A DNA stretch of 64,000 nt from an uncultured Gammaproteobacteria bacterium (GTDB taxonomy: Bacteria > Patescibacteriota > Patescibacteriia > UBA1558 > GWA2-36-10): the NCBI GenBank assembly GCA_964515785.1, contig CAZEWH010000002.1, forward strand, positions 94,182-158,181, in the 5' to 3' direction. The position numbers were made by a program, and so were the translations under genes. Under the pieces are notes generated by a model. The model was given only the letters and a program-made list of their open reading frames with translations. It ran no database searches and was not told the origin of the DNA. This document shows, piece by piece, positions 39,689 to 50,622 of this stretch (the first letter of the stretch is position 1; each line of letters opens with the position of its first letter).

Positions 39689-40804
39689 TTATACCAGATT
39701 TTTGTAAACTTCCAAAATTTCTTGAGTTGTTTTTTTCCAAGAATATCTTTTAATTTGTTCTTGGCCTAGAGTTATTAATTTATTTCTAAGTTCTTGATCA
39801 GAAATTATTATTTCTAATTTTTGTAGCAAATCTGCTTGATTTTTAGGATCAAAATACAAAGCAGCCTCTTCTAATATTTCTGGCAAACAAGATTGATCAC
39901 TAGATAATACTGGCGTATCAAAATGCATAGCTTCTAATGGCGGCAATCCAAATCCCTCATAAAGAGATGGAAAAACATAAGCAGTAGCCTGATTGTAATA
40001 ACTAGCTAATTTATTGTCAGGTACAAAGCCTGCAAATATAATCTTTTCTTGTTTAGGTCCAAGAATTCTCTTGGCATAATCCTCTATTTTATTATAAAAA
40101 TAATTCTGCTTGCCTACTAGTACTAAATAATACTCCGGATGACGTTTTATAAATTCTTTAAAAGCTTTGACTAAAAAGTATAAATTTTTGTGCGGATAAG
40201 CATTACCAACATATAAAATATATTTAGAGGGCAAATTGACTGGAATATTATTTTGTTTAATATCAAAATCTACGCCGTTATAAATAATTTTAATTTTATT
40301 AGCTTGCTTATTATCTAGCTTGAAATAATTAATCAAATCTTGGGCCGTGAACTTGGAAATAGAAATTATATTTTGAGATTTTTGAACAGCATGTTTAATA
40401 ACCAAATTATAAGCTAATCTTTTAATTACAAAAAATAATTTATTAAGCGTACTAGTTTTATAACTAGGGAATCTAGTCATGATTAGATCATGTATCGTTA
40501 CTATAAAAGGTTTATTATAAAATAAGGGAACATTAAAATGCGTAAAATGGACTAAGTCTGGTTTTAGTTTATTTAAAACAAAAGGCAAAATAATCTGTTC
40601 TTTCCAAGAATACCAATGTATATTACAGATTTTTATAGAAAAATTCATTGGTAAGTGTGGTAGATTAGCTGGTTTATTTTTAAATAATAAAATATATTGA
40701 TTATGCTTATCTAGTTCTATCAAATTCTCTAATAATTTTTGATTATAGCGTCCTGGACCACCTGGTTCAGGACCATAAATCCTCATGTCAATGATAATCT
40801 TCAT
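39689..40804 (-). CDS. Glycosyltransferase family 4
   Basis: TIHDL, VGNAYPHKN, PSLYEGFGLPPLEAM. Confidence 0.95.
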   Translation of the reverse strand: MKIIIDMRIYGPEPGGPGRYNQKLLENLIELDKHNQYILLFKNKPANLPHLPMNFSIKICNIHWYSWKEQIILPFVLNKLKPDLVHFTHFNVPLFYNKPFIVTIHDLIMTRFPSYKTSTLNKLFFVIKRLAYNLVIKHAVQKSQNIISISKFTAQDLINYFKLDNKQANKIKIIYNGVDFDIKQNNIPVNLPSKYILYVGNAYPHKNLYFLVKAFKEFIKRHPEYYLVLVGKQNYFYNKIEDYAKRILGPKQEKIIFAGFVPDNKLASYYNQATAYVFPSLYEGFGLPPLEAMHFDTPVLSSDQSCLPEILEEAALYFDPKNQADLLQKLEIIISDQELRNKLITLGQEQIKRYSWKKTTQEILEVYKNLV

Positions 40805-41928
40805 GATTTTTTTGTCATAGTATTAAATAATTCTAAAATCTTTTTTGATTGACTTGGCCAATCTGGAATCTGAAAATTTTGTGATTTATTTTTTAAATAT
40901 TTTTTTGTTTTATCGTCTTTTAATAATAATTTTAAAGTTTGATAAATATCGGCAGTGTTATAAGGATCAACATACAAAGCTTGTTGTTTCATTATTTCTG
41001 GCAATGAAGTTTTGAAACTAGTAATAACTGGTGCACCATGAACAGTAGCTTCTAGTGGCGGAAAACCAAAACCTTCATAATAACTAGGCCATATCAAACC
41101 CTGACTCAAATAATACAAAGCATCTTTTTCTTTGCCAGAAATATAACCAAGATAATGAATATAAGGTCTTTTTTTTATTTTATGAAGCAAATGACGGAAA
41201 ACCCAGCCTTTTTTACCAGCTATCACAAGATCAATATTTGGATATTGTTGATGCAATTTATCAAAAGCTTTTATAATAGCTCCTACATTTTTGCGAGGTT
41301 CAATAGTTCCGACATACAAAAAATATGGATTATAGAGTTGAAATTTAGCTAAAGCTCGTTGAGCATTTGATTCTGTCATTTTATTTATTTCAACACCTGG
41401 ATACAATACTTGAATCTTATCTTCTGCTATAGTAAAAAATCGCATAATATCTCGCTTGGTATTGTGAGAGACAGTAATAATTTTATCAGCTTGAGCTACC
41501 AATTTTTGAATATTTATAAAACGATGCCACAAACGACGTTTTAAAGAATAAAATTCTTCACTATGCAAAAAAGATAAGTCATGAATAGTCAATAAAAAAG
41601 GAATAGCTTTGTCTATTTTATAAAAAATCATATTTGGTAGCCAAAATAAATCAAGTTTGACTGGAAAAAATTTACTCAGATCTTTACCAATATTTAAGAA
41701 AAATTTGAAATTAATAAATTTATTTGCTTGTTTGATATGAACATAGTGAATATTTGCTTGATCAAAATTTAATAAATCATGAGTTTTGTTTTTAAGACCA
41801 GAACTTAATAAATAATATTGATTTATTTTATCATGCTCAGCAATATATTTTAGACAATTATAAATATAGTTACCAATTCCGGTAAGTCGTTTGGAGGATA
41901 AAGCTCTGACGTCAATTCCTATATTCAT
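40801..41928 (-). CDS. Glycosyltransferase family 4
   Basis: GTIEPRKN, PSYYEGFGFPPLEA. Confidence 0.95.
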   Translation of the reverse strand: MNIGIDVRALSSKRLTGIGNYIYNCLKYIAEHDKINQYYLLSSGLKNKTHDLLNFDQANIHYVHIKQANKFINFKFFLNIGKDLSKFFPVKLDLFWLPNMIFYKIDKAIPFLLTIHDLSFLHSEEFYSLKRRLWHRFINIQKLVAQADKIITVSHNTKRDIMRFFTIAEDKIQVLYPGVEINKMTESNAQRALAKFQLYNPYFLYVGTIEPRKNVGAIIKAFDKLHQQYPNIDLVIAGKKGWVFRHLLHKIKKRPYIHYLGYISGKEKDALYYLSQGLIWPSYYEGFGFPPLEATVHGAPVITSFKTSLPEIMKQQALYVDPYNTADIYQTLKLLLKDDKTKKYLKNKSQNFQIPDWPSQSKKILELFNTMTKKS

Positions 41929-43007
41929 AAATTATTTATAAAATCAAATATTTTGTGTTTAAAAACTTCTTCATCAAATTTTTTGGCATGCTGACGAATA
42001 ATTTGTGAATCAAATCGCTGGTCATTAAATCGTAAAATACGATGAGCTAAAGATTCCCAAGTTTGATCATCAAAAAATGTACCAGTCACACCTTCTACTA
42101 CAGTTTCTAAAGCTCCACCGCGTGCCAGAGCAATAACTGGTCTGCCAGAAGCCATAGCTTCTAGAGCAGTAATACCAAAATCCTCTATCTGCGGATAAAT
42201 AAAAGCTCGACAACGTGATAAATATTTATTGCGCTCTTTATCAGATAATTCGCCTAAAAATTCTATATTAGACTTGGCTAGTTTTTTTAGTTTTGTAAAT
42301 TCAGATCCAGTACCGATAATTTTTAAAGGCAATTTAAGATTATTAAAAGCTTTGATAGCTAGATCTACTTTTTTATAAGGACGCAAGCGACTAACTATCA
42401 AAAAATAATCGTCTATTTTTGAACTAATTTGAAAATTATTTACATTAACAGGAGGATAAATTACATCAGCCTCTCTTTTGTAATGTTTTTTTATTTTATT
42501 AGCTATAAAACTAGAATTAGCAATAAAATAATTTACATCTTGAGCTTTATTATAATCCCAAGCTTGTAGTTTATTTAACAACTTTGGTAAGAAAATTTTT
42601 AATATCTTTCCTTCTGGCAAATTGCCAATATATTCTTCTTTATCATCCCAAAGATATCTGGTTGGAGCATGACAATAACAAATATGTTTGGTTTTATTGC
42701 TTTTTTTTAAACCTTTTACAAAAGCGGAAGACGAACTAATTACTATATCAAAATCAGATAAATCAGTATTTTCCCAAGCTTTGGGCATAGATAATAGAAA
42801 ATATCTAAATAATTTAGATATACCAGGAATATTTTGTAATTTAGAAGTTTTTATTATTGATTGATTTAAGATATTTTGAGAAATTTTGGGATTATTTATC
42901 AAAGTAAAAATAGGTGCTTCTTTGTGCATGGAAGATAATACAACCAAGACATTTTCAGCACCACCAATTTGAAATAAATGATCATGGGCTAAAGCTATTT
43001 TTGTCAT
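41925..43007 (-). CDS. Glycosyltransferase family 4
   Basis: HDHL..GGAE, SRLRPYKKVD, EDFGITALEAMASG. Confidence 0.95.
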   Translation of the reverse strand: MTKIALAHDHLFQIGGAENVLVVLSSMHKEAPIFTLINNPKISQNILNQSIIKTSKLQNIPGISKLFRYFLLSMPKAWENTDLSDFDIVISSSSAFVKGLKKSNKTKHICYCHAPTRYLWDDKEEYIGNLPEGKILKIFLPKLLNKLQAWDYNKAQDVNYFIANSSFIANKIKKHYKREADVIYPPVNVNNFQISSKIDDYFLIVSRLRPYKKVDLAIKAFNNLKLPLKIIGTGSEFTKLKKLAKSNIEFLGELSDKERNKYLSRCRAFIYPQIEDFGITALEAMASGRPVIALARGGALETVVEGVTGTFFDDQTWESLAHRILRFNDQRFDSQIIRQHAKKFDEEVFKHKIFDFINNL

Positions 43008-43008
43008 A

Positions 43009-44400
43009 CTAATAAGCTGCGTCTTGTTTAAATATTACTTTGATTGTTTTTAAAAAAATTATAAAGTCTAATAACATTGACCAATTTTCTATATAAAATA
43101 TATCTAGCTTTGCTTCTTCTGCAAAAGGTAAGTCAGAACGGCCAGAAACTTGAGCCATGCCAGTAATACCTGGTTTGATGGTCAATAATTTTTTGTAACC
43201 TCTTTGATATTTAGAGACTTCTTCTGGCTCATGAGGTCTGGGTCCCACCAAACTCATCTGTCCTACCAAAACATTAAATAATTGAGGTAATTCGTCTAAG
43301 CTAGTTTGACGTAACCATTTACCGACCCGTGTTACACGTGGATCGTTTTTCATCTTAAATAATGGCCCGTCTGATCTTTCATTATACGCTAACATCTCTT
43401 CTTTTAGTTTATGGGCATCTTTGACCATAGATCGGAATTTGAGAATTTTAAATTTCTTATTTTTATGACCAATTCTATCTAAACTTACAAAAACAGAACC
43501 TTTAGATGTAGACTTTATAATAATAGATATTACTACAAAAAACGGCGATAATAATATCAATAAAATAAAAGCCATAATAAAATCAAAGATTCTTTTATAA
43601 ACTTTATGCCAACCATCCAAAGTTGTACCTTTTATTTCTACAATCGGCAAACCAGCCAAACTAGTAACATTCATATTCAAACTCTGAGCTTGAAATAAAT
43701 TAGCTACATATTGCAGACCAATATGGTTTTCCTGACAAAAAGTCAAAAGATCTAGGGCAGCTTTTTTGTCCAGAGAAGAATCAGTCTGGATAATACTATG
43801 AATTTTTTTGTTATCTAATAATTTTCTAGCTGTTTGTGATTGTTCTAGTTCAGACAAATTTTTGTACTTGGCGATAATTTTATAGCCAAGCTTTGGGTTT
43901 TTTTGATAAGTCTTAGTAATAATTTTTCTATCTTCATCAGAACCAAGTATAATTATATTAGACAAACCCCAATTTTTCTTAAATAAAAAATTACGAATAC
44001 CAAAAAATATCATCCTAATAACTGTTAAATATATAATAGCTAGCCCCCAACCAAAAACAATAATAAAACGTGAAGAAAACAATTCACGTTGCAAAAATAT
44101 AGATAAAATCAAAAAAACTACTACTAATGATACACCAGCAATAATCTTTGGAAATTCTTTGACAATTTTTTTGCTACGGATTATATAAAATCCTAAAAAA
44201 GCAAAAATAACAATTGCCAAAATAGCTACTTTGAATATTAGTCCATAATATTCATAAAGAGGCATTTCATAAAAAACAGGCCGCCATTGGGCCACTATAT
44301 CAGAAAAACGAATATAATAAGCAGTCAAACCAGCCAGCCAAATCAATGCAAAATCAATCGGTACTAGGGCAATATTTATAATAAAATCAGCCTTTTTCAT
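43009..44400 (-). CDS. Priming undecaprenyl-phosphate sugar-phosphate transferase (WcaJ/WbaP family)
   Basis: KRIFD, KFRSM, DPRVT..SLDELPQLFNV..MSLVGPRP, KPGITGMAQV. Confidence 0.95.
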   Translation of the reverse strand: MKKADFIINIALVPIDFALIWLAGLTAYYIRFSDIVAQWRPVFYEMPLYEYYGLIFKVAILAIVIFAFLGFYIIRSKKIVKEFPKIIAGVSLVVVFLILSIFLQRELFSSRFIIVFGWGLAIIYLTVIRMIFFGIRNFLFKKNWGLSNIIILGSDEDRKIITKTYQKNPKLGYKIIAKYKNLSELEQSQTARKLLDNKKIHSIIQTDSSLDKKAALDLLTFCQENHIGLQYVANLFQAQSLNMNVTSLAGLPIVEIKGTTLDGWHKVYKRIFDFIMAFILLILLSPFFVVISIIIKSTSKGSVFVSLDRIGHKNKKFKILKFRSMVKDAHKLKEEMLAYNERSDGPLFKMKNDPRVTRVGKWLRQTSLDELPQLFNVLVGQMSLVGPRPHEPEEVSKYQRGYKKLLTIKPGITGMAQVSGRSDLPFAEEAKLDIFYIENWSMLLDFIIFLKTIKVIFKQDAAY

Positions 44401-44464
44401 AGTACTATTATATTATCACTAGTATTAGCTTTAGTAAACAGCTATTTAAGCAATAAAAAAAGGC

Positions 44465-44832
44465 TTAAATGACCTAATAAGCCGAATCCTGTCTCCCGCC
44501 AAAGGCGGGATGATGATTATCTATCTAGGTCCAGTATCGCTACTAGACTCAAACGGCCTACCCAGCAGCATACGCTACTCTATTTAGCCTTTCACCAGGT
44601 AGAAGTTTACCTCTTCTGAACTGTTACCAGATCAGCGTGTCAGCTAATTATCTGACATTTTCACCCTTATCCTCCAAAGCTTTACGCAAAGGGGGAAGGA
44701 ATATTTTCTGTTGCACTTGTCCTAATCTTATATCACTACAAGACTGGTTGGCGTTACCAATTACCTTTTTTATGGTGTTCGGACTTTCCTCTCTCCCACA
44801 AAAGTGGGACAGCAATCATCTTGGTCATTTAA
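44465..44832 (-). ncRNA. rnpB: RNase P RNA
   Basis: GAGGAAAGTCCG near the 5' end, AGTGCAACAGAAA, 3' ACAGGATTCGGCTTA; P1 TTAAATGACC/GGTCATTTAA. Confidence 0.95.
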
Positions 44833-44885
44833 ACCTTATTATATTATATACCATATTTTGATATATTTGTCAATGAAGGATTAAA

Positions 44886-45989
44886 TTACTCTTCAAGCAT
44901 ATAATCTAGAGTTTCTTTGGCACATTTTTCCCAAGAAAATTTCTTGGCTTGTTCTATGCCTTTTTGAGACAATTCTTGTCTAAGTTCTGGACTATCTATT
45001 AGCTTTTGTAACTGACTGGCTATATCACGAGGATTATTTGGATCAAAGAAAAGTGCAGCCCTGCCCCCTACTTCATGCAAAACTGGCAAATCAGAACAAG
45101 CAACTGGCACACCAGATCCCATAGCTTCTAAAACTGTAATACCAAAACCTTCAAACTTGGTTGGAAAAGCATAAATATTGGCAGCAGCAACAAGTGAAGT
45201 ATAATATTTTTGACTAACATAACTAAGCAAGATAACTCTGTCTTTTATTTCTGGATCTTCAGCTAAAGCTTCAATTTCTTTGTAGCCATAATTTCCCATT
45301 CGTCCAGCCAAGACCAAAGACCAATCGGTATTTAATAATTTGAAAGCTTTTATCAAAGACTGAATATTTTTTTTAGATTCTAGGCGACCAGTATATAAAA
45401 TAAAATTTTCTGGTAAATCAAATTTATATAATATTTTATCTTTGTTATTTTTATTACCTGGTACAAAATCTTGTGCATTCCAACCATCATAGATAATTTT
45501 TATTTTATCTTTAGCCTTGGGAAAATATTTTATAATATCTTTTTTAGTAGCTAAAGATATAGCAATAATTTTATCAGCTCGTCTAACAGCTAGTTTGTGA
45601 GAAATATTTTGATAAATTCTTTCTAAAGGATGATAAAGTTGTGGATTTACATAAAAACCCAAATCATGGATAGTGACCACTACTTTACCTTTTTTCATCA
45701 GAGCAGGTACAGCATTGGTTGCCAAAAATATATCTACAGGATTTTTACGAAGTTCTTTACTTAATCTGATGTGCGTCCAAAATTTACGAAAAGGCCACTT
45801 CAGTTGTTTAAAATAAAAATTAGCTGGTCCTTCAGCCAATTCTGGGTCTAGTGCTTGATTATAATAAACTATATATTTATTTTGTCTATCTATTTTTTTG
45901 AGTTGCTGTAATATATGCCAAGCATACCATTCGGTACCAGTCCGCATGTTTTTATTGGCCCTTGTAGCTTCCAAACCAATAGTTAACAT
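44886..45989 (-). CDS. Glycosyltransferase family 4
   Basis: TIHDL, GRLESKKN, EGFGITVLEAM. Confidence 0.95.
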   Translation of the reverse strand: MLTIGLEATRANKNMRTGTEWYAWHILQQLKKIDRQNKYIVYYNQALDPELAEGPANFYFKQLKWPFRKFWTHIRLSKELRKNPVDIFLATNAVPALMKKGKVVVTIHDLGFYVNPQLYHPLERIYQNISHKLAVRRADKIIAISLATKKDIIKYFPKAKDKIKIIYDGWNAQDFVPGNKNNKDKILYKFDLPENFILYTGRLESKKNIQSLIKAFKLLNTDWSLVLAGRMGNYGYKEIEALAEDPEIKDRVILLSYVSQKYYTSLVAAANIYAFPTKFEGFGITVLEAMGSGVPVACSDLPVLHEVGGRAALFFDPNNPRDIASQLQKLIDSPELRQELSQKGIEQAKKFSWEKCAKETLDYMLEE

Positions 45990-45996
45990 AAACTTT

Positions 45997-47010
45997 TTAT
46001 TTAGCGGATAAAATACTTCTTTTATAAGATTCTAGATTTTCTAAGGCAATGCCTGTTCCACGAGCTACACAAAGCAAAGAATCATCAGCAAGATAAGCTG
46101 GCACACCAGTGGCTTGAGCCAATAATTTGTCCATATTACGCAATAAAGCTGTTCCTCCAGACAAAACCATGCCTTTGTCCATAATATCAGCTGAAAGCTC
46201 TGGTGGAGTCTGATAAAGCACAGATTTGACTGCTGAAATTAAGCCCTGTAATTCATTTTGTAGAGCTTCTGTTATATCATCAGAATTAACAGTAATAGTC
46301 CGTGGCAAACCAGAAATCATATCACGTCCTTTGATATCCATAGTTAATTTTTCATCTTTAGGTAAAAACTGAGCTGAACCAATCTTTATTTTAATATCTT
46401 CAGCAGTTCTTTCGCCAATGGCTAGGTTATATTTTTTCTTGATGTGTTCACCGATTGCAGCATCATATTTGTTACCGCCTATACGGACAGAAGTATTGGC
46501 TACAATGCCTCCCAAAGAAATCACAGCGATTTCAGAAGTTCCACCGCCCATATCAACAATCATATGTCCAGAAGCTGAACCAATCGGAATATCAGATCCA
46601 ATCGCCGCAGCAATTGGTTCTTTTATAATATAAGCAGCTTTGGCACCAGCATTAAGCGTTGCATCAATCACGGCTCGTCTTTCTGTAGAAGTAATACCAG
46701 CTGGCACTGCAATCATTACTTCAGGGCGAAACACTTTCATACCACCTACTGCTTTATTGATAAAATATTTAAGCATGCTTTCAGTGGTTTTATAATCAGC
46801 AATTACACCACTTTTGAGAGGACGAGAAGCAATAATTTCATCAGGAGTACGACCAATCATTTCTTTAGCTTCATCACCTACTGCCAAAACCTTTTTATCC
46901 AAAATAGAAATAGCTACCACTGATGGCTCATTTATAACAATACCCCGCTTGGGGATATAGACTAAAGTATAAGTTGTCCCTAGATCAATACCGATCTTTT
47001 TTATAAACAT
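45997..47010 (-). CDS. mreB: MreB/Mbl paralog
   Basis: GIDLGT, NEPSVVA, VDMGGGTSE, LSGGTALLR. Confidence 0.93.
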   Translation of the reverse strand: MFIKKIGIDLGTTYTLVYIPKRGIVINEPSVVAISILDKKVLAVGDEAKEMIGRTPDEIIASRPLKSGVIADYKTTESMLKYFINKAVGGMKVFRPEVMIAVPAGITSTERRAVIDATLNAGAKAAYIIKEPIAAAIGSDIPIGSASGHMIVDMGGGTSEIAVISLGGIVANTSVRIGGNKYDAAIGEHIKKKYNLAIGERTAEDIKIKIGSAQFLPKDEKLTMDIKGRDMISGLPRTITVNSDDITEALQNELQGLISAVKSVLYQTPPELSADIMDKGMVLSGGTALLRNMDKLLAQATGVPAYLADDSLLCVARGTGIALENLESYKRSILSAK

Positions 47011-47011
47011 T

Positions 47012-47470
47012 CTAAGAAATTTTTATTATTTTATAAGTAACTTTAGCACTAGGCAAATCAACTTCAAATTTTTCATTGATTTTTCTATTGAGCATAGCTT
47101 GCCCCAAAGGAGATTCCAAAGAAATTTTACCATTTACTGGATCTGCTTCTGTACTACCAACAATAGTAAAATGTAATTCTTTACCATCCTTATCTACTGT
47201 TACTTGGCTACCAACTTGTACTGTATCATTATCAGCACTTTGTTCAGCTACAACAGCTGTTTTGACCATATGTTCTAATTCTATAATACGTCCCTCAATA
47301 AAAGCCTGTTCTTCTTTGGCTTCTTGATATTCTGCATTTTCTGACAAATCACCAAACTCTTTAGCTGACTTGATACGATCAGCAACTTGCTTACGTCTTG
47401 TGGTTTGTAAATGCTCTAACTCTTCTTTGAGTTTAGTTAAGCCTTGAGCTGTAAATACTTTTTTTTCCAT
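47012..47470 (-). CDS. greA: Transcription elongation factor GreA
   Basis: GDLSENAEYQEAKE, ISLESPLG. Confidence 0.97.
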   Translation of the reverse strand: MEKKVFTAQGLTKLKEELEHLQTTRRKQVADRIKSAKEFGDLSENAEYQEAKEEQAFIEGRIIELEHMVKTAVVAEQSADNDTVQVGSQVTVDKDGKELHFTIVGSTEADPVNGKISLESPLGQAMLNRKINEKFEVDLPSAKVTYKIIKIS

Positions 47471-47506
47471 ATTTATTTTGATTTATTTAAATTATATGTT
47501 AACAAA

Positions 47507-49399
47507 TTATTGAGAAAAATACCAATTCATAAACCTATTTACTACTGATACAGCTAAACCATGATCACCACCTTCTTCTACTAAGGCAACTACAACAATT
47601 TTAGCATCTTTATAAGGCGCAAAAGCCGCAAACCAAGAATGCGGCGTTTTATTACGCATAAATTGAGCTGTACCAGTTTTTCCAGCTACTGGAACTGGAA
47701 CAGATTGTAGGCTTTTGGCTGTGCCAGATTTGACTGCCATTCTCATGCCTTGCCTTACAATATTTAAGTTATCAGAAGAAACCATATTCGTCAAAGTAAT
47801 TTTTGGTTCATAAATTTGATCTTCTTCAATTTGGCCTATTTTTTTTATAAAATGTGGTTGATAAGCTATACCATTATTAGCAAAATAGGATGTCATTTGA
47901 GCTGCTTGTATAGGCGTAGCCAACAAAAATCCTTGACCAATTGATAAATTATAAGTATCACCCAAATACCAAGGTTCATCAAATTTATCTTGTTTCCATT
48001 GCTTGCTTGGTAAAAAACCAGGTGACTCAGAAGCAAGATCAATATTTGTATTGCTTCCTAATCCAAATTTTTTAGCATAATCAATAATCCTATCTACCCC
48101 AAGGCCTAGACTTAAAAATTCATTATTTCCACCACCAATAGAATAAAAAAATGTATTAACCGAGTCAGCAATCGCCCAATAAATATCAGTCCAACCATGA
48201 CCACCTGGTCTCCAGTCGGGAAAAAAACTATTAGCAATCTGGACACCACCAGTACTATTTACTGTAAAATTATCATCAATCAATTTTTCTTCTAGAGCTG
48301 CTGGAGCAACTATTAATTTAAAAACGGACCCTAGAGGATAAATACCATCTACCACTCTATTTAACAATGGCGTATCTGGATTATTTATTACTTTATTATA
48401 TTCTTCATCATCCAAAATAGATGTAAAAATATTATTATCAAAGTTTGGCATAGAAACCATAGCCAGTACTCCTCCATCACTTGGATCCATAACAACAGCA
48501 GCCATCTTTTCTTTGTTGTATTGACGAGACAAATTATTCATAATCTCATAAAGTTTTGTTTGAGCTGTATTATCAATAGTTAAAACCAAATCTTGACCAT
48601 CTACAGGATCAGTCTTTCTTAGGATATTTTTTTGTCGATAATAAGCATCAACTTCTATCTGCTGAATACCATCTTGACCTCTTAAAATATCTTCATAGAC
48701 AAATTCTATACCATCTTTGCCCAATCTATCATGGTATTGATATTGTCCTTCTTTAATATCATCTTCACTCACTTGCCCTAAATATCCCAAAACATGAGAC
48801 AAGCCAAGATTGGATAAATATTGGCGACGAGGTTCATGAGAAACATTGATACTTGGCTCATTTTCAGAAAGCATCATTAGCTTGATAGCCTGTTCATAAG
48901 GTAAATTTTCATAAACAAGTATTTTGGCTGTTTCGCTTTGTTTATCTAATCGAATTTGTAACTCTTCTGCTTCGATATCTATAATCTCAGCTATATTATT
49001 TATAAATGAATCGCTGTCTTCTGGCATTAGCTCCGGAGTAATATACAAAAAGAAATAAGAAATATTTTTTACAAGTAGATTACCAAAACGATCATAAATC
49101 AAACCACGATTCGCTTTGATTACTTCAGAACGAATACGGTTCCCTTCTGCTATATTACGATAATGTTCACCTTTGGCGATTTGTAAATAAAATGCTCGTC
49201 CTAATAAAATAGATAAAACACCAGCAAAAACAAGAGATAAAATAAAAATCTTCTTATAAGAAAAAAATCTTCCTACATGATGAGATTTGTTATTAATATC
49301 AAAATCAACATAATCACCGCTATTTCTATCCAAGCGGTAATTTGCTATTTTGGCATCACTGACTGAGCCTTCTTGAATTTTAAAGGGATTGTCTGGCAT
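47507..49399 (-). CDS. mrdA: Penicillin-binding protein 2
   Basis: RGLIYDR, SxxK (GSVFK), SxN (DSVN), KTG. Confidence 0.95.
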   Translation of the reverse strand: MPDNPFKIQEGSVSDAKIANYRLDRNSGDYVDFDINNKSHHVGRFFSYKKIFILSLVFAGVLSILLGRAFYLQIAKGEHYRNIAEGNRIRSEVIKANRGLIYDRFGNLLVKNISYFFLYITPELMPEDSDSFINNIAEIIDIEAEELQIRLDKQSETAKILVYENLPYEQAIKLMMLSENEPSINVSHEPRRQYLSNLGLSHVLGYLGQVSEDDIKEGQYQYHDRLGKDGIEFVYEDILRGQDGIQQIEVDAYYRQKNILRKTDPVDGQDLVLTIDNTAQTKLYEIMNNLSRQYNKEKMAAVVMDPSDGGVLAMVSMPNFDNNIFTSILDDEEYNKVINNPDTPLLNRVVDGIYPLGSVFKLIVAPAALEEKLIDDNFTVNSTGGVQIANSFFPDWRPGGHGWTDIYWAIADSVNTFFYSIGGGNNEFLSLGLGVDRIIDYAKKFGLGSNTNIDLASESPGFLPSKQWKQDKFDEPWYLGDTYNLSIGQGFLLATPIQAAQMTSYFANNGIAYQPHFIKKIGQIEEDQIYEPKITLTNMVSSDNLNIVRQGMRMAVKSGTAKSLQSVPVPVAGKTGTAQFMRNKTPHSWFAAFAPYKDAKIVVVALVEEGGDHGLAVSVVNRFMNWYFSQ

Positions 49400-49880
49400 G
49401 AGCTTTGACCCAAAAATTATAAATCAATAAATGAGTAATTAATGTTATTGAAAAAAATAAAATAAAGTTTTTAAAAATCAACCACCAAGCTTGTTTATTA
49501 AAAATATAAATCTGCCAATCAAACATAAGATTAAATAACCAAAAGAAAAACCAAAATAGTACAAAACTTAAAAGAGTTAAAATTATTATAGCTAAAAAAT
49601 TTTTGGAAGTAAGCCAAGTACTTTGTAATATTTTTAATATAAAAATTATTAACAAAAATATAATAGAATAAACACCAAAAATGCCACTCAAGGCATCAAG
49701 GTAAAGACCAGATACAGCAGCCAAACTATAGTACAACCAATAATCTTCAGTGTTGAAATAAGTCAATAAAATCAAAATTAAAAAAGGTTGAACATACTGC
49801 CAACCGCTTTGATGAAAATTAAGTAATGAGAATGTGTAAACGGCTAGTAGCCAAAATAATAAAACTATTAAATATCTCAT
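49380..49880 (-). CDS. mreD: Probable rod-shape protein MreD
   Basis: Highly hydrophobic, GLYLD motif, lies between mreC and mrdA. Confidence 0.75.
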   Translation of the reverse strand: MRYLIVLLFWLLAVYTFSLLNFHQSGWQYVQPFLILILLTYFNTEDYWLYYSLAAVSGLYLDALSGIFGVYSIIFLLIIFILKILQSTWLTSKNFLAIIILTLLSFVLFWFFFWLFNLMFDWQIYIFNKQAWWLIFKNFILFFSITLITHLLIYNFWVKAHARQSL

Positions 49881-49881
49881 A

Positions 49882-50613
49882 TTATTGTGTGATAACAGCT
49901 ACAATAGACAAAGTATTAAAATCTACTAAAGGCAAAACTGAAGCAGTTTTAAATAATTCTTCTTCAGAATATTGAATATCTTCAATAGTACCAACTACCA
50001 ATCCTTTTGGGATATTTGTATCCAGGTCAGCAGTCACTACTAGGTCATTTTTTTTGATATCATATTCTTGTGGTATATAATTCATAGTCAAACCCAATCC
50101 CAAACTACCGCTTAATAGGCCAGCTACTGATTGATCACCAATAGTAACTGCTAATTTACTAAAATTGTCAGTCAATAGCCTAATACTAGCAGAATCAAAT
50201 GTTGTATCAATAACTTTAGCTACTATAACGCCGTTATTTATAACTACAGCTTGGCCCTTGACAATACCCTGCTTAGAGCCAACATCAATAATCAAAATAT
50301 TATTATTAAAAGGATCACGACTCAAAATATTAGCTACTATTAATTTATATTCTTTATTTTGTTTGAAATCTAATAAATTTTTTAATTCTTCATTTTCATC
50401 TGTCAAAGTTTTGAGCTGACTATTGATAACTAATAAATTTTTATAAGATTCTTGCAAATCATCAGGCGCCTTAAATAGACTATTGGCTGGTTGTTGAGGG
50501 GCCCAAACTCTAAAAATAGTACCAATATCAAAAATCTGTCCATTTTTCAATAAAATAAACAGAACAATAATTACTAAAATTAGTAAAAATGCTTTTATGT
50601 TTTCGCTACGCAT
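49882..50613 (-). CDS. mreC: Rod-shape protein MreC
   Basis: TM, ENEELKNLL coil, IDVGSKQGI, PKGLVVG. Confidence 0.92.
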   Translation of the reverse strand: MRSENIKAFLLILVIIVLFILLKNGQIFDIGTIFRVWAPQQPANSLFKAPDDLQESYKNLLVINSQLKTLTDENEELKNLLDFKQNKEYKLIVANILSRDPFNNNILIIDVGSKQGIVKGQAVVINNGVIVAKVIDTTFDSASIRLLTDNFSKLAVTIGDQSVAGLLSGSLGLGLTMNYIPQEYDIKKNDLVVTADLDTNIPKGLVVGTIEDIQYSEEELFKTASVLPLVDFNTLSIVAVITQ

Positions 50614-50622
50614 ATAAATTTA

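Noticed and set aside
44637-44861. 74-aa plus ORF
   Set aside because: Antisense to RNase P RNA.
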